A stretch of DNA of 63,662 nucleotides, the filler included, from Reclinomonas americana ATCC 50394 (taxonomy: Eukaryota): assembly GCA_048213135.1 (NCBI GenBank). It is 10 parts of 5 records of this genome, joined end to end, with 100 filler letters (N's around TTAATTAATTAA, not from the genome) between each part and the next. Parts side by side here need not be neighbours in the genome. Positions count along the whole stretch, not along the records: positions 1 to 14,288 come from PS015426.1; positions 14,389 to 23,719 come from PS015427.1; positions 23,820 to 32,980 come from PS015427.1; 7 more parts are not named here. One strand, 5' to 3'. Positions 13,244-25,525 of the stretch are shown in pieces. The stretch's first letter is position 1, and the number at the start of each line of letters is the position of its first letter. The notes below the pieces were generated by a model that worked only from the letters and a program-made list of their open reading frames with translations, made no database searches and was not told the origin of the DNA. A program made the translations under genes and the position numbers.

Positions 13244-14240
13244 ATGAGTTCTGCAGCAGGCTCTTCTGCGGCCTCCGACACTGTGGCCACTCCACTCGTG
13301 TTCACCGCTGACGAGTGGCCGTTCACGCGAGAGGAGGTGCTTGCACTCTCGGAAGGTGAGGAGAGGGAGAGAAGGAGGGAGGGAGAGGAAGGAAGGGAGG
13401 GAGGGAGAGAGGAGAGGGAGAGAGGGAGAGGGAGAGATAGAGAGAGGCAGGGAGACAAGAGAGAGAGAGATGCATGCATGGAGCAGAGGGGGCTAAGAAC
13501 AGCTCTCAGACAGCTTCCCTTCTCTCTCACACGCACAGACGCATCGTGCACACTGAGAATGTGCATGTGTGTGTGAGAGAGAGAGGAACGTGCACATGCA
13601 CACACAGAGAAAGAAAAGAAGCGAGCAACGCTTCACACTCTGCATTTTATTCTCTCTCTCTCTGAGACACACGTTCACACACACACACACATACACACAC
13701 ACACACACACACGGAGAGCAGACGAGAGAGAGAGAAAGGACAACCAAACACACAATCACATGCATGCATGCAGACATACATGCGCACTCCACTCTGCCAC
13801 TCGTTGCACACCCTCGCTCTCACCATGCACTCACCCCTCCTTCTTTCTCCTCTTCCTCTTCTCTCTCCCCTCCCAGCACTCCCACTGGCCAACATCCGCA
13901 GTCTATTCTCGGCCTCTCCGGTGCAATTGCAAGTGGACTGGGTGCGCGACATGATGCAGGCGCGACAGGTGCGACTGGCGGTGCATGCGGAGGCGTGTGC
14001 GAGGGTGCGCGATTCGTATGTGCCGTTGTATCCGGAGATTAAGGAGTTCTCCATGGTTTGTTGGAATTGGGGGAAGGGAGAAGGGAGAAGAGGCAGAAGG
14101 GAGAAGGGAGGGAAGAGAGAGATGCAAGGTACAGCTTGTCGTGGTGCTGCTGAGGATCAGGCTGCGGCGAATAGGTGCGCGTGAATGCAGAAGCTTGTCG
14201 ATACTCCAGTGATTTTACGCTATGCTGCTGATCATCAATG

Positions 14241-14288
<48 letters not shown>

Positions 14289-17022
14289 NNNNNNNNNNNN
14301 NNNNNNNNNNNNNNNNNNNNNNNNNNNNNNNNTTAATTAATTAANNNNNNNNNNNNNNNNNNNNNNNNNNNNNNNNNNNNNNNNNNNNAGAGAGAGAGAG
14401 AGAGGCGAGGTACAGCTTGTCGTGCTGCTGCTGAGGGTCAGGCTGCGGCGAATAGGTGCGCGTGAATGCAGAAGCTTCGATACAACTATCTGTGCGATTT
14501 TACGCATATCCTGCTGGTCATCAATAGAGAGAGAGGGAGGGAGAGAGAGAGAAGCGAGGCTTGTGTGTGCTGTTGCGTTTGATCAGGCTCCGATGGTGCT
14601 CAAGAGAAAGGGTGTGCATGAATGCAGAGGCTGTTGTTTTGATTGTCATACTGTGCTATTTTCTCGAGTACGACAGAGTGGTGCATGTGAGAAGCGCGTT
14701 GTTTTTCGCAAGTTGATGGAGAGAGAGGGAGGAGGAGAGAAAGACGCAAGATTGAGTGTGGTGCAGCTTGCCGTGTTGCTGTTGAGGGTCAGGCAGCGGC
14801 GAAGGGTGCATGAATGCAGACGCTTCGATACAACTATCTGTGCGATTTACGCATATCCTGCTGGTCATCAATAGAGAGAGAGAGAGAGAGAGAGGAGGAG
14901 AGAGAGTAGTGACGTAGGTNNNNNNNNNNNNNNNNNNNNNNNNNNNNNNNNNNNNNNNNNNNNNNNNNNNNNNNNNNNNNNNNNNNNNNNNNNNNNNNNN
15001 NNNNNNNNNNNNNNNNNNNNNNNNNNNNNNNNNNNNNNNNNNNNNNNNNNNNNNNNNNNNNNNNNNNNNNNNNNNNNNNNNNNNNNNNNNNNNNNNNNNN
15101 NNNNNNNNNNNNNNNNNNNNNNNNNNNNNNNNNNNNNNNNNNNNNNNNNNNNNNNNNNNNNNNNNNNNNAGAGAGAGAGAGAGAGAGAGAGAGGGGAGAG
15201 AGAGATGCAAGGTGTAGCTTGTTGTGCTGCTGCTGAGGATCAGGCTGCGGCGAATAGGTGCGCGTGAATGCAGAAGCTTGTCGATATCTTGCTGTATTTC
15301 AGCCGGGTTTCGTGTAGTTGTCATAATACTTATTGTTGAGGAGAGAGCTCATCAATTCTTTTCTCCTTGTCTCAGGACTTCCTCCACCCCCGCATGCGCG
15401 ACTTTATCGCCGGCAAGATCACGCTCGACGAACTGTCCAGCGACACGGGTATTCCGCGCATCCGCTGCATGCCAGTGTTCACCGAGGAGTTTGAAGAGTT
15501 GCGCTCACCATTCCCGTGCTGCTGCTCCTGTCAGATCCTCACTCACCCTGCTCACTGCACAGGAAGCTGTTGGTGGAGGTGGAGCGATTCGAGCAGCAGG
15601 TCGACGAGAGGTGTCGGCCGAATTCCATGAACAATGTTGCGTGACTGCGAGGCAAGCGAGCAGATTCAGGCAGAGTGAGCGCGCAACCGCTTACCCTTTG
15701 TTGACATGCAGGAGGGCACCGTCATGTCAGAGCTCGGCATGACCGCATTCTTCGACGCATTTGTGGAGCACTGTGCGCGTCCCATCGGCGCTCTCTTGTA
15801 CGCGGATCGCGGAGGCGCCACTCTCAACACCCAGCATTCGTTCACGGTGAAATGTTGCGTCGCCGAGTTCTCTCAGCGACGGTTCTCTCTTGCTCCTGCA
15901 CGCTCTCTCTCTCTCTCTCTCTCTGTCTGCCTGTCTGTCTCGTGTCTCTGTTTCTCTCTCTGTCTATCTCTCTCCTCCTTCTCTGTTTCTTCTCTTCTCA
16001 CTCTCTCTTGCATGTACATACACGTGCAATATCTGTCGCTCGATCCCTGTCTGCGTGCTACTCTTCCTTTCTCGCGTGCGCTATCTTTTTTTTCTTTCTT
16101 TCTTTCTCGTGGCCTTCCTGTGTCTCTCCTTCCCTCTCTCTTCCTTTTCTCACTGTCTCTCTGCACGCATGCGCGTGGAGTATCTCTCGCTGGATCCCGA
16201 TTTGCGTGCAACTCTTCCTGTCTCGCGTGTACAGTGTCTTTCTCTCTTGTCTCTCTATCTTTCTCTTTCTCATTACTCAGTCTCTAGCACTCTGTCTCTC
16301 TCAGTCTCTCTTGCTCTCTTTCTCTCTGCGTCTCTCTATCTCACACCCACAAATACAGTTCTCCCACTGCCTGCGTGCCGTCTTCCTTTCTTCCCCCTCT
16401 CCCTCCCCCCTCTCCCCCTCTCCCTCACTCTCCCTCACTCTCCCTCACTCTCTCACCCTCTCCCTTTTTCTCACTCACCTCTCAACCTCACTTTCCCTGT
16501 TTTCCGCAGACCGCCCGCAAGGCGACGTCGACCTCGACTTCCACACCGACGACAGCGAGGTCACCTTCAACGTGTGCCTGTCGCACGAATTCACCGGTGG
16601 CAATCTGTACTTTCGTGGCATTCGTGACGACCCGGCGGAGACCGGCGAGGAGTACGCCGAGTGGGCGCACCAGCCGGGAGTGGGCATTGTTGCGTTCCGA
16701 GAGCTACCGGCGTGTCGGTGTCCTCCGCTTTTTGCTTAACCCCCCGCAGGTGCACCTGGGAGCGCACAGACACGGCGCGCTGCCGATTCGCAGCGGCACG
16801 CGTGTGAATCTAATCGTGTGGTGCCGCTCGCAAGACCACCGCGTGCACGCGCTGCTGGACGTGTGGAACCAGCAGGCAGAGGTGCGCGCCGCCGGCACGT
16901 TCCCGTCGCCCGATGAGGACTCGCCCGGGGTGTGTCCGCATTGCGCCCGCCAGCATCCACCAGGCGATCACGATCGTGCCGCCGATGAGGACGGTGGTGG
17001 TGGACCGTATCCGCATGATTAA
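13244..17022 (+). CDS. 2-oxoglutarate/Fe(II)-dependent dioxygenase, OGFOD2/ICU11-like
   Basis: Seven exons join in frame: RPNSMNN, HSFTVKY, DLDFHTDDSEVTFNVCL (HxD), FTGGNLYF, HLGAHRHGA (distal His), GTRVNLIVW (Arg); TAA at 17020-17022. Confidence 0.88.
14120..15290. repeat. Intronic repeat units separated by (GA)n
   Basis: GTGCTGCTGCTGAGGRTCAGGCTGCGGCGAATAGGTGCGCGTGAATGCAGAAGCTT at ~14140, ~14420 and ~15225, with diverged copies at ~14580 and ~14775. Confidence 0.8.
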
Positions 17023-17050
17023 ACAACGATTGGCCATAGATCATCTCTCT

Positions 17051-20000
17051 TTACTCTCCATCTCTGCTGCTGCGCCCCACCAGCGGCGACACCACCACTC
17101 GATCGGCTCCGCGGCCGACCACGCGAGTGGCGGGCGAGAGGCGGAACGGAATGCAGTTGGAGAAGTAGGGAAAGTCGAAGGAGGTGCGCTGGCCGGCGGA
17201 GACGTTGGGGACCGGCATGAGTCTGCGGGAGGGGGGGGGGGGGGGGGGAGGGAGAGGAGGAGGGGAGGGGAAGAGGGGAAGGGGATTGAGTACAAAGGAG
17301 AGCGAGGAAATGTAGTGAACAGAGAGCAGAAGGAGAGATAGACGAAGTGAAGGGGAGTTTCGCAAGAGTTTTGCAAGCTATGGAGGATCGCATTTAGTCT
17401 CTGCACCCACACGAGGGGGAAGGGTGGATACGGGGGAAGCGGAAGGGAGTGAAAAGAAAGGAGAAAGGGATACAGGGTGAGGGAAAGGGGATTGTGTACA
17501 AGGGAGAGATAGAGATAGAGAGAGAATAACGAAGAGCGAGGAAAGGGAGGGAACAGAGAGCAGAAGGAAAGTACGGACGAAGTGAAAGGGGATTCGCAAA
17601 GAATGGAGGATCGCTTTTAGTCTCTGCCCCGACAAGAGAGGGAGCTGCAAAGGCAGCATCCACAGCACTAATGAATCGTTGCAAGTGTCTACAGAGGCGA
17701 GAGAGAGAAGGAACTTCAAAGTCAGTGATGAGAGCATTGATGATTTTTTGCACGCCTGTGTGGGAAAGAGAGAGAGAGAGACAAATGAAGAGCAAGGAAA
17801 GAGTGAACACAGAGCACAAGAGAAGTAAGAAAGTGCAAGAGAGTGCACGACAAGTGAGAGTGAGTTGATCAATACAACAGAAGAGAGAAGAAGAAAGCGG
17901 GAAAGACGGGAAGAGCGAGAAAGGTAGAGGGGGAGGAGACATGCGAACGAGAAAATTAGCACTGTGATGATCGGGATAGATGCGAGTTGGCGATGAGAAA
18001 GTGATGGGCACAAGAGAAAGAGATTATCGGATTGTTTTCTCTTGTTAGAGAGAGAAGAGAGAAGGATAATGAATCGTGAGCCAATACGACTGAAGAAGAA
18101 CGACTGAGCAAGGAGCACGTAGAAGAGAGACGGAAGGGCGGAATGCGGGACGTAGTGAGAAATAATTGCACTGTACTGAGAAGGACAAGTGGGCGAGGCA
18201 AGAAAGAGAGCAAGGATGATTACACCTTCGAAAGCCTCTTATCAGGTGTGAGACATGCAAGAGAGCAGCGCAGGGCAGTTTCGCAAGCCCTGGAGGATTG
18301 GGTTTTGTCTCTGTACCCACATGAGGGGGAAGGGTGTATACGGGGGAAGCGGAAGGGAGTGAAAAGAAAGGAGAAAGGGGTACAGGGCGAGGAGAGGGGG
18401 TGGAGGAGGGAAAAGGGAATGAGTACAAGGGAGAGAGAAAATAACGAAGAGCTAGGGGAGAGAGTGAACGAAGTGAACGGCGAGTTTCGCAAGGTATGGA
18501 GGATTGGTTTCGAGGGAGCTGCAAAGGCAGCATCAACAGCATTGATAATTTGTTGCAAGTGTCTACAGAGGCGAGAAAAGAGAAAGAGGGAACTGCAAGG
18601 GCAGTATCAACAGCATTGATGAATCGATGCAAATCTCTGCAGAAGAGAGAAACCGCGCTTCTGCCGACCTATGGTTGCCCTTTCCCTCTCCATACCTGGC
18701 CGTCAACTGCTTGTTCAAGCGCAGCGACAGCGCCGCCACATCGTGCATCACCCCCGCAATCGCCTCCGCCGTCGAGTCCCACAAAATCGGCACAGTGTCC
18801 AGCCTGCACCAACATGAGAACGACGTAATCCCTGCTGTGTGCACCTGAGCCACACTCACCCGGTTGCGCACACTGCGCTGAACGACAGCAGCTCGGCCAC
18901 CGTGTACCGCGACTCATCAGCACGCTGGCACAAAATGTTATCCTCCAGCACCGGCAGCATGACGCCGTTGAAGCCCGTGTGCAGGAAGTTCGCTCTACAC
19001 ACGGTTCACGATGACATATCCGTCACGATCATGCTACAACCACGCTCACACTACTCACCGCTCCAACACCGACGTGAGCAGGGCCACTGCCGAGAGCGTG
19101 CCTGGGTCGCCAAAATGCTCCACTCCCATGCACTCAATGCCGCCACCGATCGAGTCCCTTTGTTGCGGGAAGGGTGCAAATGAAAAGTCGAAGCCCTGCA
19201 TTCACGAGAAATTGAGATGACTCCTGTATACAACAGGCATAAGGGTGCTCACCTTGAATGTCAGGCCAAACTCCCTGGCGATTTCGTCGACTGCCGGCTG
19301 TAGCACGGTCGCGTGCTGCTCGATGAGTGCCTGCAGCTTGGCGGCGCCGTCGTCCAGCGATGCAGCGTCGGTGAAGGCCTCGGAGACTGTGGTAGGTAAA
19401 GGTGAGCACGTGGGGGAAAAAGGAAGGGAGGTAACGAGAGGCGCACCGAGGTTGGCGCATTGCAGCGCAATGGCAAAGCAGTCGCCGTCGCTGTTGTTGC
19501 CCGAGTGGAACGAGCCGGGGAAGAAGGGGTTCTGCGGAGGGAGATAAGGAGAAGGGAGAAGAAGGGAAAGGGGAAGGGAGAAGGGGACAGGGGAAGGCAG
19601 GGGATAGGAGTGAGGGGAGAAAAGAAAGGAATGAGGTGGAAACAGGGAGAGGAGGAAGGGGACGGGGGAAACGAGGGAGGAGCTTCAAGAGGAGTACACA
19701 TGAACAGGGTAACAACAGAATGGATGGGCAGAGGAGAATGGGCGAGAGGATGAATGAGAAGAAAAGAAGAAAGAGCGACTGATTTGAGGAGAATGGGCGA
19801 CAGGCTGGACATGAAAACAGAAGAAGAGAAGGATAGGAGAGAGTTCGGAGGAGAATAAGAGGGCGACGAAGTGACCGAGGCAGGGGGATAGTGAGATGTG
19901 CCAGCAAGGCGAGAACGAAACAAGGGTCACACAAGAGATGTGCAATTGATTAAACAGTACACATGAGCACAGGGACTGACTAGGCACTGAAAGTAAGAAA

Positions 20001-20878
20001 GAACTGGACAGTCACTCAAAAAATAAATGAAAAAGAGAGAAGAAAAGGAAAGGGGAAAACGAATGCGTTAAATATGTCCCAATAGCGCTCAAAAGCTTGA
20101 GAAATGCGAGCGTGGGAAAAATTGCAAGTGTCACTCAGAAGTAAACAGACAAAGAGTGTATCTGAAGACAACAAATGCCTTGAGTCTGTCCTCTAACAGC
20201 GTGGAAACACGCTGGCCAACACTCTGACACCTCGAGAAAGGTGAAAGAAAGAGAGAAACGTCAAGAAAATGCGCAAACTTTCTCTTTGTCACGCACGCAG
20301 CAGATTCTCAGCATCACGCAACAAAGGGCCGCACTTGCGCCAGTGCCGAGAAACGCAAGTTGCCAAAACCGCCCGAGGCGTGCTCCGAGTCCAGTTCGGC
20401 GATGCGACGCACCGCAGCTGCGGCTTGTTGCACGCAGTCACCGTGAACTCTGTGGAATTCGATTCAGGCATCGACACAGACGGAGCGACACAAGGGTAGT
20501 GCGCGAAACTTGTCATCGGCGGTGAGTTGCGCACACACAAAGCATGACGAGGTCTGCACAAAGGAAGCCTTCGTGAGTGACGGGAACGAGGAGGAAGAGA
20601 GCTGGAACGGCGGACCTCTCGAATAATGTCGCTGACAAACTCGTACGAGCGCGGACAGTGAGACAGCGCGGCGCCCAAGCCGATGCATTGGAAGCCGATG
20701 GCTGCGGATAAAAAGGGAATGAGAAATAAGGAAAGAGGGAGTAGAAGCGGCGACACGCACCTTTGAAGCGCGCCTCCACGTCCGTCACCAGCGCCAGCAC
20801 GCGCTTGCGGGCGTCGTCCAACTCGCCCGACTCGGTGTCCACCAGGAGTGGAAAGTGTGATGTGGAGAAGCGCACGGT
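17051..20878 (-). CDS. DUF711 (UPF0210) family protein; first exon not located
   Basis: Spliced motifs: NLRFSALAQVRPF-NPFFPGSFH, FAIALQCANL, GFDFSFAPFP, FGDPGTLSAVALLT, GFNGVMLPVLED, FSAVCAT-GLDTVPI, DVAALSLRLNKQLTAR-LMPVP..FDFPYFSN; TAA at 17051. Confidence 0.85.
17340..18660. repeat. Composite repeat filling the last DUF711 intron
   Basis: Two copies of GAGGGGGAAGGGTG..TACGGGGGAAGCGGAAGGGAGTGAAAAGAAAGGAGAAAGGG (~17410, ~18320) and several GCAGCATC..CAGCA.TRATGAATCG.TGCAAGTGTCTACAGAGGCGAGA units. Confidence 0.75.
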
Positions 20879-21707
20879 CTGTGGGGGAAAGGGAAGGGAA
20901 ACGGGGGAGGAAAAGGGGGAGGGAGAGGAGAAGGGGAAGGATGAAGGGAGAGAGGGGGAAGGAAGCAAAGTCAATGCTCAGCTCTCTCAGAGCAGCGAGT
21001 GAGAAGCCAGGTGTCTCCTTTAGGGCAAGAGAGTGAGAGCATGAGTTGAGAGATGTGGAGTCTCAATAGCAAGAAAGAGTGAGAGGCAAAGCATGTCTCT
21101 CACTCAGATCTATCAAAACACAAGGCTGCAGAGCGAGTGAGGAACAAGGTGCGAGAGCGCTGGTGTGTCTTCAAGGAAAGGGAGTGAGAGAATGAGGTGG
21201 AGAGACAGGGAGAGAGAGCATGCGGGTGTCTCAACAGCAAGGAAGTGTGGGAGAGCATCGGAGTGAGAGATAGATCATGTCTCTCGTTCAGATCTCNNNN
21301 NNNNNNNNNNNNNNNNNNNNNNNNNNNNNNNNNNNNNNNNNNNNNNNNNNNNNNNNNNNNNNNNNNNNNNNNNNNNNNNNNNNNNNNNNNNNNNNNNNNN
21401 NNNNNNNNNNNNNNNNNNNNNNNNNNNNNNNNNNNNNNNNNNNNNNNNNNNNNNNNNNNNNNNNNNNNNNNNNNNNNNNNNNNNNNNNNNNNNNNNNNNN
21501 NNNNNNNNNNNNNNNNNNNNNNNNNNNNNNNNNNNNNNNNNNNNNNNNNNNNNNNNNNNNNNNNNNNNNNNNNNNNNNNNNNNNNNNNNNNNNNNNNNNN
21601 NNNNNNNNNNNNNNNNNNNNNNNNNNNNNNNNNNNNNNNNNNNNNNNNNNNNNNNNNNNNNNNNNNNNNNNNNNNNNNNNNNNNNNNNNNNNNNNNNNNN
21701 NNNNNNN

Positions 21708-21752
<45 letters not shown>

Positions 21753-22087
21753 ACGAGAGGAGGGATGTGTGTGGTGTGTTTTGGTGTCTGACGAGAAGGC
21801 TGTCAGGGAGGTGTGTGGCTTGTTTCGCCACGAATGCGTGGTTTGTTTTCGACTGTGTCTCTCTCGTGCTCGCCTCCCTGTTGTCTTGGCAAGGGTCACT
21901 GTATGTCTCTCTCCTTGATCTTCTCCTTCCCGCAGCTTGTCTTGCAATCTGTTTCTCTTCTCTCCTCTCTCATCCGCTTGTATCGCAGTCTGTCTCAAGT
22001 CGCGGCTGATGGCGATCCGCTGCTCTCTCTTTTCTCCTCTCCTCCGTCGCATCCGCTTGTATTGCAATCTTTCTCAAGTCACGGCAG

Positions 22088-24624
22088 ATGGCATGCTCTC
22101 CTCTTATTGTTCTTGCTTTCGCTTATCTGGTTCTCTTCCCTCTTTATTTTCTCTTTTCCTACTTCCCCGACCCCTTCTCCGCCCTCTCCTTCCCTTTATC
22201 TCCTTCGCTTCCATCCCATTGACTCCCTTCCCCCCTCACCCTCCCACCCTCCTCCTCACCCTCCCCCGCCCCGCAGGTCACCGCTCAAGACCAATTCGTG
22301 ATCACCGACGAGGCCAAGACGCTGCTGCACTCGTTGCGCGATGAGCGCCTCGCTGTCATTTGTGTCGCCGGTCTGGCGCGCACGGGCAAGAGTTTCCTGC
22401 TGAATCAGCTGCTGTGCCGGTGCGTGAGCCGTTTGTTGAAGGCGTACTGTCTGGTCTCCTCACTCCGCCCCGCCGCAGTCAACGTGGTTTCGAGGTCGGC
22501 AACACGGTCATTGCGTGCACCAAGGGCCTGTGGGTGTGGAATGAGCCAGTGCGATACACGGTGAGTTTGGCATGGGGGAAAGGGTGGGAGAGAGGGAGAG
22601 AGGAGAGGATGGGAGAGAAGAGGAGAGGGAGAGAGAGATACCGCGTGTGAGTGAGAGCGAGCGTGTATGTATGTGAAGATATGTGTGTGAGTGCGAGTAT
22701 ACGTGGATGGGCGTGAAAATGACGTGTTTGAGTGGATCGGTGTATGCATGTGTGCGTGAGAGAGATGGAGGAAGCGATGTTTCTTGCGAGTTCATATGTG
22801 TGTATGAAAATGGCTCAAGTGAGTGTATCGGTTTCTGTGTGTGTGAGAGAGATACTGCGTGTGAGTGAGTGCGAGAGTGGATCGGTGTATGCAGTGTGTG
22901 TGTGATAAATATCTTGAGTGGTTCGATGTGTGCGTGAGAGAGAGAGAGAGAGAGAAAGAGAGGCAGCGATGTTGCTTGCGAGAGCATGTATGTGAAAAAT
23001 GGCATGAGTAAGTGGATTGCTGTGAGCTTGTGTGTGAGAGAGAGAGAGATACTGCGTGTGAGTGAGTGCGAGAGTGTATACGTGTGTGCGCGTGATAAAT
23101 ATCTTGAATGAGTGGATCGGTGTGTGCGTGAGAGAGAGAGAGGGAGCGATGTTTCTTGCGTGTATGTGTGAAAAAATGGCTTGAGTGAGTGTATCGGTAT
23201 GTGCTTGTGTGCGTGTGAGTGAGTGCGAGAATGTATACGTGTGTGCCCGTGACAATAACTCGATTGATGTGGATCGGTGTGTACGTGAGAGAGAGAGAGA
23301 GAGGGAGCGATGTTTCTTGCGTGCATTTGTGTGAAATAATGACTTGAAGTGAGTTAATCAGTGTGTGCGTGTGTATGTGTGTGTGTGAGAGAGAGAGGGA
23401 GGGAGCGATGTTATTTTCGAGAGCATGTATGTTTGAAAAATGACTTGAGTGAGTGTATCGGTGAGAATGTGCGCGTGTGTATGGGAGAGTGCGAATGAAT
23501 GCAAGAGTTCGCGGGGGGGGTGGGTGTGGCGTGTTGTGAATGTGTGTAACAACAAACATTCGCTTCGAGAGTGTGTGCTTTAGATGACGAGAGTGGGCGT
23601 GTACGTGCCCTTATTCTTTCCTTTCCATTCCCTTCCCCCTTTTTGCGCAGACCGACACTGGCGAGAAATTCAGCGTACTTGTGATGGACACGGAAGGCCT
23701 GGGTTCGATCGAGGCCGGCNNNNNNNNNNNNNNNNNNNNNNNNNNNNNNNNNNNNNNNNNNNNTTAATTAATTAANNNNNNNNNNNNNNNNNNNNNNNNN
23801 NNNNNNNNNNNNNNNNNNNTTGCACACGTAGCGGTCAAGGGTTAAGGGTGGAGAGACAGCAATGGCTCTCTCGTCATTTCTCGCAGCACTCCTGTCATTC
23901 ACCCAAACGCACCTTTTCACCTTTCTTTGCCAAACCTCCCTTTGCCTCTCGTTACCTCTCTTCTCATCGTTCTCCCCTTTCGCAGAATGGCCTGGCCCTC
24001 CGCCCGGAGCGCACCTCCATGGACCGCGAGCGCAACGAGATTCGCCGCTCGATTACGACCCTGTTCCCACGCCGCAACTGCTTCTGCATGGTGCTGCCGA
24101 CGGCCGATGAGCGGACGCTGAACAATTTGTCGGCGGCCAAGGAGCGCGACTTGCGCCCCGAGTTCTTGCAGTCGGTGTGTCACAGTATCATGTCCCTGTC
24201 AAGCACCTTTCTTTTCGGTTCCTCACTCTCCTCCTTCACCCCAACAGATGAACGACCTCAAGAAGCTCGTGTGGCGCATCACTCGCCCGATGCGACAGCG
24301 CTCGCGCGACGTGACCGGTGAGACGTACCTGCGTCTGGCACAGTGCTTTGTCGAGGCGGTCAACAGTGGTGGTTTGCCGAGCATTCGACCGAGCTGGAAT
24401 GCCATTGTGTTGGTATGCTGGCGCGCGACAATTTGGCGACGAGTCGGTGTGACTCATGCCTCTTGCGTAGGTTCACAACAACGAAAAGTGCGAGGCCGTG
24501 ATTCAGGAGTATCGGCGACGGATTCAGGCGCTCTACGACCCGGATGCGTCGCTGGAGAGCTTCTCGGCCGCGTGTGAAGTGTGAGTTCGCGGTGGCAGAA
24601 GGCGGATAGTGATTGGGGAAGACT

Positions 24625-24685
<61 letters not shown>

Positions 24686-25481
24686 AGAGAGAGAGAGAGA
24701 GGNNNNNNNNNNNNNNNNNNNNNNNNNNNNNNNNNNNNNNNNNNNNNNNNNNNNNNNNNNNNNNNNNNNNNNNNNNNNNNNNNNNNNNNNNNNNNNNNNN
24801 NNNNNNNNNNNNNNNNNNNNNNNNNNNNNNNNNNNNNNNNNNNNNNNNNNNNNNNNNNNNNNNNNNNNNNNNNNNNNNNNNNNNNNNNNNNNNNNNNNNN
24901 NNNNNNNNNNNNNNNNNNNNNNNNNNNNNNNNNNNNNNNNNNNNNNNNNNNNNNNNNNNNNNNNNNNNNNNNNNNNNNNNNNNNNNNNNNNNNNNNNNNN
25001 NNNNNNNNNNNNNNNNNNNNNNNNNNNNNNNNNNNNNNNNNNNNNNNNNNNNNNNNNNNNNNNNNNNNNNNNNNNNNNNNNNNNNNNNNNNNNNNNNNNN
25101 NNNNNNNNNNNNNNNNNNNNNNNNNNNNNNNNNNNNNNNNNNNNNNNNNNNNNNNNNNNNNNNNNNNNNNNNNNNNNNNNNNNNNNNNNNNNNNNNNNNN
25201 NNNNNNNNNNNNNNNNNNNNNNNNNNNNNNNNNNNNNNNNNNNNNNNNNNNNNNNNNNNNNNNNNNNNNNNNNNNNNNNNNNNNNNNNNNNNNNNNNNNN
25301 NNNNNNNNNNNNNNNNNNNNNNNNNNNNNNNNNNNNNNNNNNNNNNNNNNNNNNNNNNNNNNNNNNNNNNNNNNNNNNNNNNNNNNNNNNNNNNNNNNNN
25401 NNNNNNNNNNNNNNNNNNNNNNNNNNNNNNNNNNNNNNNNNNNNNNNNNNNNNNNNNNNNNNNNNNNNNNNNNNNNNNNNN

Positions 25482-25525
<44 letters not shown>

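Noticed and set aside
15498..16750. GTTGCG introns as one recent Introner family
   Set aside because: Beyond the first 6-7 nt these introns share no visible similarity, terminal inverted repeats or common length. An ancient origin cannot be excluded.
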